A DNA stretch of 24,000 nt, taken from contig NZ_OZ246003.1 in assembly GCF_965230365.1 (NCBI RefSeq), positions 2,669,781 through 2,693,780 on the forward strand. Reading direction: 5' to 3'. The notes beneath the pieces are model-generated. The model had not been told where the DNA came from and ran no database searches. It saw only the letters and a list, made by a program, of their open reading frames with translations. Both the position numbers and the translations under genes were made by a program. The stretch comes from Oricola sp. (GTDB taxonomy: Bacteria; Pseudomonadota; Alphaproteobacteria; Rhizobiales; Rhizobiaceae). Below, piece by piece: positions 1-8,219 of this stretch (positions are counted from its first letter, which is position 1; every line of letters begins with the position of its first letter).

Positions 1-5
1 GCGGC

Positions 6-1436
6 ATGGATCTCAACGTGACAGGCCCTGACGGCAACACGCCGCTGCTTCTGGCCGTCGCCGAAGGCAGCGTCGCCGCCGTCCGGTTGCTCCTGGAACT
101 CGGGGCCCATCCCGGCGTGTCTTCGGCCGATGATGTGCCGCCCGTGGTTGTCGCGGTGATGCTGAACCGCGCGGATGTGCTGCGCGTCCTGTTGGAAAAC
201 GATGCTGACCTCCCCGAGATGCATGAGGGCGTGCCGCTTTTGTCTCTGGCCGCCTTCAGCGGCGGCGAGACCATCGACGCGTTGATCGCCGCCGGAATTG
301 ACCCCGGCATCGCCGATACCGACGGCATCAAACCTGGCGATGTCGCCCGAGCCGTCGGCCTGATCGCCGTGGCGGAAAAGCTGGAGGAAGCCGCGCGTGG
401 GCCTGCTGACATCGACCTGCGCGCCGCAATCCGCGCCGGCGACAAGGCGGCGCTTGAGGCAGCGGGCAGCGCCGGTGTCGATTTCGACCAGGTCAACAGC
501 GCCGGCGTGCCGCTGCTTCTGGAAGCGGCGGGCACCGCACCAGACGGCGCGACCCTCGCCGCCATTGCTCGCGGAGCCGACAATCCGCTGGCCACCGACC
601 AAAACGGCGAAACCGCACTCGACGTGATTCTCGGGCGGCGGAAGGGCGATGCGCCTGACCCTGCGATCCCGGACATGCTCTACGGGCTGTCGCTCGCCAT
701 CAGCGCCGCCGAGCTTCGTTCGATGCTTACGCTTGAGGGCCGCGACGGTGTTTCCGGTCTGGGCAAGATCGCCCTTTTCGTTCCCGTCGGCCAAGAGGCT
801 CGCCGCGATTATCGAGCGTTCGCGGCCGCCGGCAGACGACTGGCAAACCAGGTCGACTCGACGGGCCGTACGCCGCTGCAAGCCGCCGTCATCGCCGACA
901 ATGCAGACTTCATTGCCGCTATGGGTGAACACGTCTCGACCGGTGTGGAAGGCCCACCGACACTGCAAGACCTCGCGCGCGCCAACAAGAGCTGGCAGGC
1001 CTTCGCGGCACTGCCGACCGACCGGCGCATCCCGGAAGAGTTTCGCCATGGCCTGTACAACAACGGGCGGCTGCGATTGCAGCGCATGCTGAACGACACG
1101 GGCTATTACTCCGGCACGGTCGACGGCAAGTTCGGCCCCGCGTCGCGGGCGGCTCTCGACCGGATGATCCGCGACCAGATCGCCGACATGCGCGCCATGA
1201 ACAAAGCCGGTGTCATCGCCTTCTCCGCCAATGTCCTGAGGCACCAATCCCACAGGCACTGGTGCACCTGGACATTTGTAGACTACGGAGAAACGTCCCG
1301 GTATCAGGACTATCTCGGCTGTGTTGTCGGCAGCGCAGAATTCCCCGGCAAGGGAATCGGCGTGCTGCGCAAGAACGGCTCGGTTGTCGAGACCTTCATA
1401 ACCACAGGTGGCTGGAAAGACCGGCTCCCGCTTTAG
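6..1436 (+). CDS. Ankyrin-repeat protein with a C-terminal peptidoglycan-binding (PG_binding_1-like) segment; the 5' end may lie outside the window
   Basis: 476-aa ORF. ANK-like repeats are present (GNTPLLLAVAEGSVAAVRLLLELGAHPGV; GETALDVIL; GRTPLQAAVIADNADFIAAM). LQRMLNDTGYYSGTVDGKFGPASRAALDRMI fits the PG-binding pattern (Q..L...GYY.G..DG.FG..T..A). The frame stays open back to base 3, so the true start is uncertain. Confidence 0.8.
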   Translation: MDLNVTGPDGNTPLLLAVAEGSVAAVRLLLELGAHPGVSSADDVPPVVVAVMLNRADVLRVLLENDADLPEMHEGVPLLSLAAFSGGETIDALIAAGIDPGIADTDGIKPGDVARAVGLIAVAEKLEEAARGPADIDLRAAIRAGDKAALEAAGSAGVDFDQVNSAGVPLLLEAAGTAPDGATLAAIARGADNPLATDQNGETALDVILGRRKGDAPDPAIPDMLYGLSLAISAAELRSMLTLEGRDGVSGLGKIALFVPVGQEARRDYRAFAAAGRRLANQVDSTGRTPLQAAVIADNADFIAAMGEHVSTGVEGPPTLQDLARANKSWQAFAALPTDRRIPEEFRHGLYNNGRLRLQRMLNDTGYYSGTVDGKFGPASRAALDRMIRDQIADMRAMNKAGVIAFSANVLRHQSHRHWCTWTFVDYGETSRYQDYLGCVVGSAEFPGKGIGVLRKNGSVVETFITTGGWKDRLPL

Positions 1437-1440
1437 ACGA

Positions 1441-3264
1441 CTATCTTCCCCGCGGTTGCGCGAAGTTGAAGGAAACCGGTTTCGGCTCGGAGATTGTGAC
1501 ACGGGTGTTGAGCTTGGCGATCTGACTGTCGCGCAGCATCTGGGTCTCGCGCGTATCGACGCGCAAATCCGCAGTTATCACGACACCGAACAAGTCGCTC
1601 GCCTCGGCACGGGTATAGTACTCCATCCGGACATCGCGAAGCACGGCTTGGGGATCGCGCGCATAGGCCGGCCCGAAACCACCACCGCCAGGTGTGCCGA
1701 CCCGCACCGTATCGCCCGGCGCCAGCGGGATATCCTGCTCCTTGGTGATATGTTCGGGGCGATGTTCCACGCCATCGCGGACCACGAGAATCTCGCCCGG
1801 CATGCCGTCTTCACCACCGCGTGCGCCTTGCGGGCCAAAGCGTCCATGGTCCATGACAAAGGAGGCGACCGCATTTCCGCGCAACAGTTCGACTTCGTAG
1901 TTGATGCCGAATCCGCCCCGCTGGCTTCCCGCACCGCCCGACGCTTCTCTCAGTGAGTATTCCCGGAAAAACACCGGGAACACCTGCTCGGTGATCTCCA
2001 CCGGCGGGCTCTTTGAGATGCCGATGGTCGAGCAGCCATTTGTCAAGCCGTCACCGCCGGCATAACCGCCATAGCCACCGCCAGAGATGTGGTACATCAC
2101 ATAATCCCGGCCCATCGCCGGATCGCTCCCGCCAAGTGCGAAATTGCCGCTGGAGCCAGCCGGTGCCGCGGTGACCCTGTCGGGTAGTGCCTTCACCAAC
2201 GCCGAGAACACGGCCTCTGCGATGCGTTGGGAAACCTCCGCCGCGCATCCCGACACCGGGCGCGGATACTCCGCATGCAGGAATGTTCCCGCCGGATCGA
2301 TGATGGTGATCGGATCGAACGCGCCGGCGCTGAGCGGCACGTCCGGAAAGATATGGCGCATCGCCAGGTAGACCGACGAATGTGTTGTCGCCAGTACACA
2401 GTTCATCGGCCCCTTGCATGGCGGGCTGGAGCCGGCGAAATCGAAAATCAGGCGATTGTCGATTGTCTTCATCACCGAGAGCGCGATCTTAAGCGGCTTG
2501 TTGATCACGCCATCGGAATCGATGAACGCTTCGCCATGATATGTATCGGTGCCGATCTGCGCGATGCAGGCGCGCATTTGATCTGCCGAGCGCACCCGCA
2601 ACTCGTCGATTGCCGCCTTGACGGTTTCGTCGCCATGCCGGTCCAGGAGTTCGGTCAGCCGCTCGCGACCGACCTCCAACGCGGCGGTTTGCGCGCGGAT
2701 ATCGCCAATACGCTGCTCCGCGACCCTGATGTTGGAGGTGATGATGCTGAAGATCTCTTCATCCATCTTGCCGCGCTTGAACAGCTTGACGGGCGGCAGC
2801 CGCAGGCCTTCCTGCTCAACCGAGGTCGCAGACGCCGAAAACCCGCCAGGAACCGCGCCGCCTATATCCGGCCAATGGCCGATGTTCGACAACCAGCAGT
2901 AGATTTCGCCATTGCGGTAATACGGCATCGCAAAGCGCACATCCATCAGATGTGTTCCGCCCAAATAGGGATCGTTGACGACATAGATGTCGCCCTCGTC
3001 CGGCGGCCCGCATTTCCCGTCGCGGATGAACTCGATGATCGTGCGCGTGGATGCTTGCATCGTGCCCACGAACACCGGTAACCCGCCCAACCCCTGGGCA
3101 ATCAGCGAACCGTCTTCCGCCGAGTAGATACCGTCGGAGCGATCGTCGGCTTCCGCGATGATCGGCGAAAACGCCGCCCGCGAAAAAGTCGTATCCATCT
3201 CATCGCAGACCTGCTGCAGACCCGACTGGATCACAGTCAGTGTGATGGGATCCAGCCTAGGCAT
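1441..3264 (-). CDS. hyuB: Hydantoinase B/oxoprolinase family protein (HyuB-type subunit of an ATP-dependent cyclic-amide hydrolase or carboxylase)
   Basis: The N-terminus MPRLDPITLTVIQSGLQQVCDEMDTTFSRAAFSPIIAEADDRSDG is typical of the HyuB/OplaH-B family. I trimmed the track ORF (1441..3450) to the ATG at 3264. That ATG overlaps the hyuA stop by 8 nt (CATGCCTAGG), and the discarded extension is Arg/Ser-rich junk lying inside hyuA. Confidence 0.9.
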   Translation of the reverse strand: MPRLDPITLTVIQSGLQQVCDEMDTTFSRAAFSPIIAEADDRSDGIYSAEDGSLIAQGLGGLPVFVGTMQASTRTIIEFIRDGKCGPPDEGDIYVVNDPYLGGTHLMDVRFAMPYYRNGEIYCWLSNIGHWPDIGGAVPGGFSASATSVEQEGLRLPPVKLFKRGKMDEEIFSIITSNIRVAEQRIGDIRAQTAALEVGRERLTELLDRHGDETVKAAIDELRVRSADQMRACIAQIGTDTYHGEAFIDSDGVINKPLKIALSVMKTIDNRLIFDFAGSSPPCKGPMNCVLATTHSSVYLAMRHIFPDVPLSAGAFDPITIIDPAGTFLHAEYPRPVSGCAAEVSQRIAEAVFSALVKALPDRVTAAPAGSSGNFALGGSDPAMGRDYVMYHISGGGYGGYAGGDGLTNGCSTIGISKSPPVEITEQVFPVFFREYSLREASGGAGSQRGGFGINYEVELLRGNAVASFVMDHGRFGPQGARGGEDGMPGEILVVRDGVEHRPEHITKEQDIPLAPGDTVRVGTPGGGGFGPAYARDPQAVLRDVRMEYYTRAEASDLFGVVITADLRVDTRETQMLRDSQIAKLNTRVTISEPKPVSFNFAQPRGR

Positions 3265-5332
3265 GTCTACCCCCCAAGACTTCGATAATGATGTTGCCGT
3301 CATCATCGCCCTCGGCAACGCTGTCGGGCGCGAGAACGGTCGTCGCATCGAACTGCGCCAGAATTGCCTGCCCTTCGATGCGCGCCCGCAACGGCAAGCG
3401 CTCCCTTTCATAGACCGGCGTGTCGAACCACTCGCCGTCAAACCAGACATCGCGCCGGCCGATCAGCGCCTCTTCCGCAGTCCCGTGCCGCTTCGCCTGT
3501 GTAATCAGTTCCTCGAGCGGCGCGGTCTCGCGGACACCGACGACGGACGAATTCACATTCACGATCATCGCCCGAACCTCCGGGAGCCGAACCCGGAAAC
3601 GTCGGTAATATGCTTCTTCGAATGCGATCTGGATGGATTGAAGGTTGTCGATCTTTCCATCGACCGGCACCCGGATGAGGTGCGTTTGCCCGGCGAACTG
3701 CATGTCGAGGCTGTGCTCGATGCGGATTTCGACCGGCTTGATCGTCTCGTCGTCGAGCGCTGCAACACCCGCCGCAACCTGGCTGGCGAGAACCTCGTTC
3801 AGACGCGTCAGATCGACATCGTGAACAAGTGCATTCAGCGTGTTGACATAGTCGTGCTGGAGATCGGCGACCATGCAACCAATGGCATTGGTGATTCCTG
3901 GACGAGCCGGCACCATGACGCGCGGAATTCCGAGTTCCCTGGCAAGGTCGACAGCATGCAGCGGTCCGGCGCCACCAAAGGCAAAGAGCGCCAAATCGCG
4001 CGGATCGTGCCCCTTGGCGATAGACACCATTCTGATCGCGCCCGCCATTTTCAGATTGGCGATTTTGAGAACCGCGCCAGCAGCCTCCGTGGCCGATACA
4101 CCCAGTTGTTCGCCAAGGCTTTCCTGGAATGCGCTGGATATCCGATCCCTGTCGACCGAATTGTCGACGGCCAGCAGCCGTTCGGGATCGAGCCGCCCCA
4201 GCAGCAGGTTCGCATCGGTAATCGTTGGTGCGCTTCCACCGCGTCCAAAACAGATCGGGCCCGGCATGGACCCGGCGCTCTGTGGACCGACATCGAGCAA
4301 CCCCGCAGCGTTGACCCGCGCCAGGGAGCCGCCACCGGCGCCAATCGTGTGAACATCCACCATCGGGACATGGATCGGGATCGCATACTCGACTTCGGTC
4401 TCGTTGGAGACAGTAGGCCGCCCGCCGCGCACCAGCGCAACATCGGTCGATGTGCCGCCCATGTCGTAGGTGATCAGATCCGATATTCCCGCGCGCTCCG
4501 CGATCCGCGCTGCCGCAATCACCCCGGAGGCAGGGCCCGACATGACCGTCTTGACCGCCTCACGAACAACGAGAGCCGATGATGTCGTGCCACCATTGCC
4601 GTTCATCATCAGAAAATCGCGGCGGTAGCCCTTGGTCAGCAGGCTGTCGCGCAGCTTGTCGACATAACGTTGCAGCACCGGTTGGACCGATGCGTTCACG
4701 GCCGCCGTCACACCGCGCTCGAACTCGCGCGCCTCCGAAAGGAGCGAATGGCCTGTCGTAACGAAGCCGTTCGGCCACATCTTCAGGGCGATCTCGGCCG
4801 CGCGGCGCTCGTGCTCCGGGTTCTTGTAAGCGTGTAAAAAATGAATAACCAGGGCGTCGCAGCCGGCTTCTATCAGTTCATTGACGGCTTCCCTGAACTC
4901 GTCCTCGTCCAAAGGTTCGCGAACGGCTCCCGTTGCTTCGATGCGCTCTGTAACCTCCAGCCGTAGATCGCGGGGCACGACCGGCACGTAGGTCCCGAAT
5001 AGACCGTAAGGGTTAGGCCTCGTGCGCCGTCCGAGTTCGATGATGTCGCGGAACCCCCTCGTCGTTATCAGGCCCGCCTTTGCAAGCCGCCGCTCCAGAA
5101 GCGCGTTCGTTGTCGTCGTGGTGCCGTGAATAATGAGATCGATATCGGCTACCCCGTGTTCCGTATGCTCGATTGCGCTCATCACAGCGCGTGACTGGTC
5201 GTCCGGCGTCGTCGGGACTTTCGATACGCAGACAGCACCAGCCTCTGAATCGAGCACGACGAGGTCGGTGAACGTCCCGCCGACGTCGACCCCCGCAATC
5301 ACCCCGCCCGATTTTTCCGGAATCTTGATCAT
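3257..5332 (-). CDS. hyuA: Hydantoinase A/oxoprolinase family protein (HyuA-type ATP-binding subunit)
   Basis: IAGVDVGGTFTDLVVL near the N-terminus and DMGGTSTDV mid-protein are the ASKHA-fold signatures of the HyuA/oxoprolinase A family. I chose the start at ATG 5332 (MIKIPEK). A GTG at 5353 is an alternative start and has no SD. Confidence 0.9.
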   Translation of the reverse strand: MIKIPEKSGGVIAGVDVGGTFTDLVVLDSEAGAVCVSKVPTTPDDQSRAVMSAIEHTEHGVADIDLIIHGTTTTTNALLERRLAKAGLITTRGFRDIIELGRRTRPNPYGLFGTYVPVVPRDLRLEVTERIEATGAVREPLDEDEFREAVNELIEAGCDALVIHFLHAYKNPEHERRAAEIALKMWPNGFVTTGHSLLSEAREFERGVTAAVNASVQPVLQRYVDKLRDSLLTKGYRRDFLMMNGNGGTTSSALVVREAVKTVMSGPASGVIAAARIAERAGISDLITYDMGGTSTDVALVRGGRPTVSNETEVEYAIPIHVPMVDVHTIGAGGGSLARVNAAGLLDVGPQSAGSMPGPICFGRGGSAPTITDANLLLGRLDPERLLAVDNSVDRDRISSAFQESLGEQLGVSATEAAGAVLKIANLKMAGAIRMVSIAKGHDPRDLALFAFGGAGPLHAVDLARELGIPRVMVPARPGITNAIGCMVADLQHDYVNTLNALVHDVDLTRLNEVLASQVAAGVAALDDETIKPVEIRIEHSLDMQFAGQTHLIRVPVDGKIDNLQSIQIAFEEAYYRRFRVRLPEVRAMIVNVNSSVVGVRETAPLEELITQAKRHGTAEEALIGRRDVWFDGEWFDTPVYERERLPLRARIEGQAILAQFDATTVLAPDSVAEGDDDGNIIIEVLGGRHA

Positions 5333-5353
5333 GGTTCCGTTCGATCGTCTCAC

Positions 5354-5452
5354 TTGCTTCGAAACGCATGCCCTTTACGCCACAGCGGATCGAAATTTAT
5401 TTGTATACGAACTAGTTTCTCAAACAGTACTAGTGACCATGGGCTGACGCCA
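5354..5452 (-). promoter_or_regulatory. AT-rich intergenic region upstream of hyuA, a probable internal promoter/operator
   Basis: This is the only sizeable gap (about 100-120 bp) inside the Module A array. Its AT-rich core cgaaatttatttgtatacgaactagtttctcaaacagtactagtgac holds the palindromes GTATAC and AACTAGTT, plus two ACTAGT hexamers (5411-5416 and 5429-5434). Confidence 0.4.
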
Positions 5453-6037
5453 TCAGCGCAAGCCGTCGCGCGCCTTGATGCCGGATGCCTCCAGGCCACC
5501 CATTCTGGCATGAATGCGCGGGCCGCTTGCCATCACCAGGCAAAGAACCATCTCGTCCGGACGCGGACCGTCCGGGACGCACAGCTCCATGGCGTCGAAA
5601 TGACTGCGCACATAAGCTGCGTTGATATGGCCGATCGGAATGTCGATCCGCGAACCGAAGCCGCCCACTTTTTTCGCCGACGGCACGATTGCCAGCGCCT
5701 CCCCGAGCCGTTCTCGCATCGCGTATCCGCCCGGAACGTGCCAAAGCGCGCCATGTTCGAGTTCGCCGGCGGTGCCGACGATCACACCCTTTCCGTAGGA
5801 ATCGATCATCTCTGCATCGTCGCCAAACGCGTCGATGAGCTTCTCTGTCATCAACTGGCCCAACGGCTTCAGATCGTCCATTGCGCCCTGTAAATCCTCG
5901 ACGTAGCGGCCGGCAAAGGGATTTCCGACCACCGCCATTGCCGCCGCCCTGTGTCTCGGCCGCTCTGGCGCAGTCCCGCCATCATGATGGATGGCCTCCG
6001 ATATGACCGCGATCTTGCGTATTGGAAAATCTGGCAT
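5453..6037 (-). CDS. AA_synth (DUF1185, 'amino acid synthesis') family protein, biochemical function unknown
   Basis: 194 aa. IRKIAVISE...RAAAMAVVGNPFAGRYVEDL...GTAGELEHGALWH...IDIPIGHINAAYVRSHFD matches my recollection of this roughly 190-aa family. A strong SD (GGAGGGGGCGGA) lies directly upstream of the ATG at 6037. Confidence 0.65.
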   Translation of the reverse strand: MPDFPIRKIAVISEAIHHDGGTAPERPRHRAAAMAVVGNPFAGRYVEDLQGAMDDLKPLGQLMTEKLIDAFGDDAEMIDSYGKGVIVGTAGELEHGALWHVPGGYAMRERLGEALAIVPSAKKVGGFGSRIDIPIGHINAAYVRSHFDAMELCVPDGPRPDEMVLCLVMASGPRIHARMGGLEASGIKARDGLR

Positions 6038-6065
6038 TCCGCCCCCTCCGCATGCGCACTCTACT

Positions 6066-6581
6066 TTATCGCGCGACTTTCTTAAGTAGTTCTATGAAGC
6101 GTTTACGTTCACGCTGGTTGAGCGGCGCCAGAAGCTCATCGCTGACACCGCGCGAAATTGGCACGACATCAAGCGTGAAACCGATTCCCTTGTCCGTGAG
6201 CCGGATCAGATTGACCCGCTGGTCGCTCGGCGAAACCACCCGTTCGGTCAAATCCAACGCTTCGAGACGCCGCAGCATCGTACTCAGCGTAGCGGTATCG
6301 ATAGCCGTGATCCTGCCAAGCTGGTTCTGCGGCAGATCTCCGTGCCGCAACAAGGTCGCAAGCACCGCAACCTGCGTCGGTGTAATGCCGTAGCCCTCGA
6401 ACGCCTTCTGGAAAAGCGCGGTCCCGCGTTGATGGGCGAGACGGATCAGATAGGCATTGTGTTCTTCCAGAAGGAAGCCGCTTTCGGCCAACCGCTTTTC
6501 GATCTCGGCGCGCGTAGGGCGCCGCCCTCCATCCAGGGTTTGGTCTTCGGCATGGGCCGTGTTTCCCGCGTGATACGTCAT
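6066..6581 (-). CDS. MarR-family transcriptional regulator
   Basis: 171 aa. The winged-HTH core is ITPTQVAVLATLLRHGDLPQNQLGRITAIDTATLSTMLRRLEALDLTERVVSPSDQRVNLIRLTDKG. The start ATG overlaps the upstream stop as ATGA (6578-6581). Confidence 0.9.
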   Translation of the reverse strand: MTYHAGNTAHAEDQTLDGGRRPTRAEIEKRLAESGFLLEEHNAYLIRLAHQRGTALFQKAFEGYGITPTQVAVLATLLRHGDLPQNQLGRITAIDTATLSTMLRRLEALDLTERVVSPSDQRVNLIRLTDKGIGFTLDVVPISRGVSDELLAPLNQRERKRFIELLKKVAR

Positions 6582-7246
6582 TGTGCTGCCACCCCCGAAG
6601 CCATGTCGTCTTCAAACACGAGGTTCTGAATCGCATCCCCGGTCGACAACGCCCGTGCTACCGAGCCACTGTCGGAGACCGTCCCGAAATGCGTCGCAAT
6701 GTCGTACAACGTCGAAACGTGTTCGCGAGGCCCGGTCGCCGCACAGGCATCGTGCGGGACCACCACATCGTAGCCCTGGAAGAAGGCGTCATGGACGGTC
6801 GACCGGACACAGATGTTGGTCACGACTCCGAACACAACCAGCTGCGAGATCATCATGTCTTTGAGCACCAGATCCAGGTCAGTCTGAAAGAAGGCGGAGT
6901 AGCGATGCTTGATCACGCGGATGTCGCCGTCCTGCGGTTCGAGATCATCGATGATTTCGGTCGCCCAGGTGTTCTCTACGCAGTGTGGCGTACGTTTCAG
7001 CCACTCCCGGTCTCGCCGCATGTCGCGCCTGTGAGAGTCGACGACAAAGATCACAGGCACATCGTTCTTGCGGGCGGCGGCGATCAGTTCCTTCTGCTGC
7101 GGCATGAGTGTTTCATAACCCGGAAGCACCATCTTCCCGCCGGGCTTGCAAAACTCGTTGATCATGTCGACGACCACAACGGCCGTCCGCGAAGCATCGA
7201 GAACAGTGGAGCCTTCGTGCCGATGCGCGGAAAACACATCTTTCAT
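6578..7246 (-). CDS. Isochorismatase-family cysteine hydrolase (amidohydrolase; CSHase/RutB/PncA superfamily)
   Basis: All three D-K-C triad contexts are present: AVVVVDMINEF (Asp), VIKHRYSAFF (Lys) and GVVTNICVRST (Cys). I trimmed the start to ATG 7246 (MKDVFSAH), which has GGAG 12 nt upstream. The track ORF's 32-aa extension overlaps the upstream gene's end region. Confidence 0.88.
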   Translation of the reverse strand: MKDVFSAHRHEGSTVLDASRTAVVVVDMINEFCKPGGKMVLPGYETLMPQQKELIAAARKNDVPVIFVVDSHRRDMRRDREWLKRTPHCVENTWATEIIDDLEPQDGDIRVIKHRYSAFFQTDLDLVLKDMMISQLVVFGVVTNICVRSTVHDAFFQGYDVVVPHDACAATGPREHVSTLYDIATHFGTVSDSGSVARALSTGDAIQNLVFEDDMASGVAAQ

Positions 7247-7280
7247 CTCTCTATACTCCGTGCCTTGGGAGAAGCATCGT

Positions 7281-8210
7281 TCACATCTCCAGCGATTTGT
7301 AGAACATGCTGAAGAACTTCTCCGAATCCACTTGCGAAGCAACTTTCGCGTTTGTCGCCAAGCCCCTCAATCCCCAGAAATCGGCAACTGTCGCACCGAA
7401 TGTGTGCGTGCCGGTTCGGTCGATCTCCACATGCGCCTCGCGCGTCTCGATGATTTCGGGATCGATGACGGCGGCGAGTACCAGCGGGTCGTGCAATGCG
7501 CCGCCGATGCCCATCTGGCCGCGATGCAGCTTCTCGTAGAACTTGAGCCAGTCCTCCACCACACGCGCCAGCGGCGTGTTGATTCCGGCGATTGCCTCGT
7601 ATTGCGGCTCCTCGACGACCACCCGCATCGTCACGTCCAGGCCAACCATGGTGATGTCCATGCCGCTGGTCAGGACGATTTCGGCGGCCTCGGGGTCGCA
7701 GAATATGTTGAACTCCGTCGGGGTGATGTACTCGTCGCGTCGGTAACACGCGCCGCCCATCAGCACGACCTTCTCAATTCTGTTCAACAGCTCCGGATAC
7801 TTCAGCACGAACATGCCGACATTGGTCAGCGGGCCGGTTGGCGCCAACACCACCGGTTCCTCGGCCTCGCGCAGCACGGCCGCCAGGAAATCGACGGCAT
7901 GCATGTCGACCGGCTTGATTGTCGGTTGCGGCAGATAAGGCGACCCGTCGAGCCCGCTCGGCCCGTCGGCAGTGCCCAACACCAGCGGCCGGGCGATTGG
8001 AGACACGCAACCCGCCGCGATCGGCACGTCGGTCGCGCCGATCAGTTCCATGATCCGCAACGCATTCGCGGTCGTCTTCGCCAACGGCGCGTTGCCGCAA
8101 ACCGTGGTGACTGCCAGCAGTTCCACCTCAGGCAGCTTGTGCGCCATCAGCAGCGCGATGGCGTCGTCGTGCCCCGGATCGCAATCGAGAATGACCTTGG
8201 TTGGTTTCAC
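7281..8210 (-). CDS. IUNH-family nucleoside hydrolase (ribonucleoside N-ribohydrolase)
   Basis: VILDCDPGHDDAIALLMA (DxDxxxDD Ca-binding motif), TEFNIFCDPEAA and GALHDPL are present. The start is GTG at 8210, preceded by AGGAG. The usual HGxxGLDG motif reads ADGPSGLDG here. Confidence 0.9.
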   Translation of the reverse strand: MKPTKVILDCDPGHDDAIALLMAHKLPEVELLAVTTVCGNAPLAKTTANALRIMELIGATDVPIAAGCVSPIARPLVLGTADGPSGLDGSPYLPQPTIKPVDMHAVDFLAAVLREAEEPVVLAPTGPLTNVGMFVLKYPELLNRIEKVVLMGGACYRRDEYITPTEFNIFCDPEAAEIVLTSGMDITMVGLDVTMRVVVEEPQYEAIAGINTPLARVVEDWLKFYEKLHRGQMGIGGALHDPLVLAAVIDPEIIETREAHVEIDRTGTHTFGATVADFWGLRGLATNAKVASQVDSEKFFSMFYKSLEM

Positions 8211-8219
8211 TTCACTCTC

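Noticed and set aside
1472-1483. 12-bp perfect palindrome GAAACCGGTTTC just inside the 3' end of hyuB
   Set aside because: It lies within coding sequence and could form only a short hairpin of about 4-5 bp with a minimal loop. No U-tract follows. It is most likely coincidental.
3158-4582. 474-aa + strand ORF antisense to hyuA/hyuB
   Set aside because: It shows the same high-GC antisense artefact: an Arg/Asp-rich composition and no family signature. It is fully covered by strongly supported HyuA/HyuB coding sequence.
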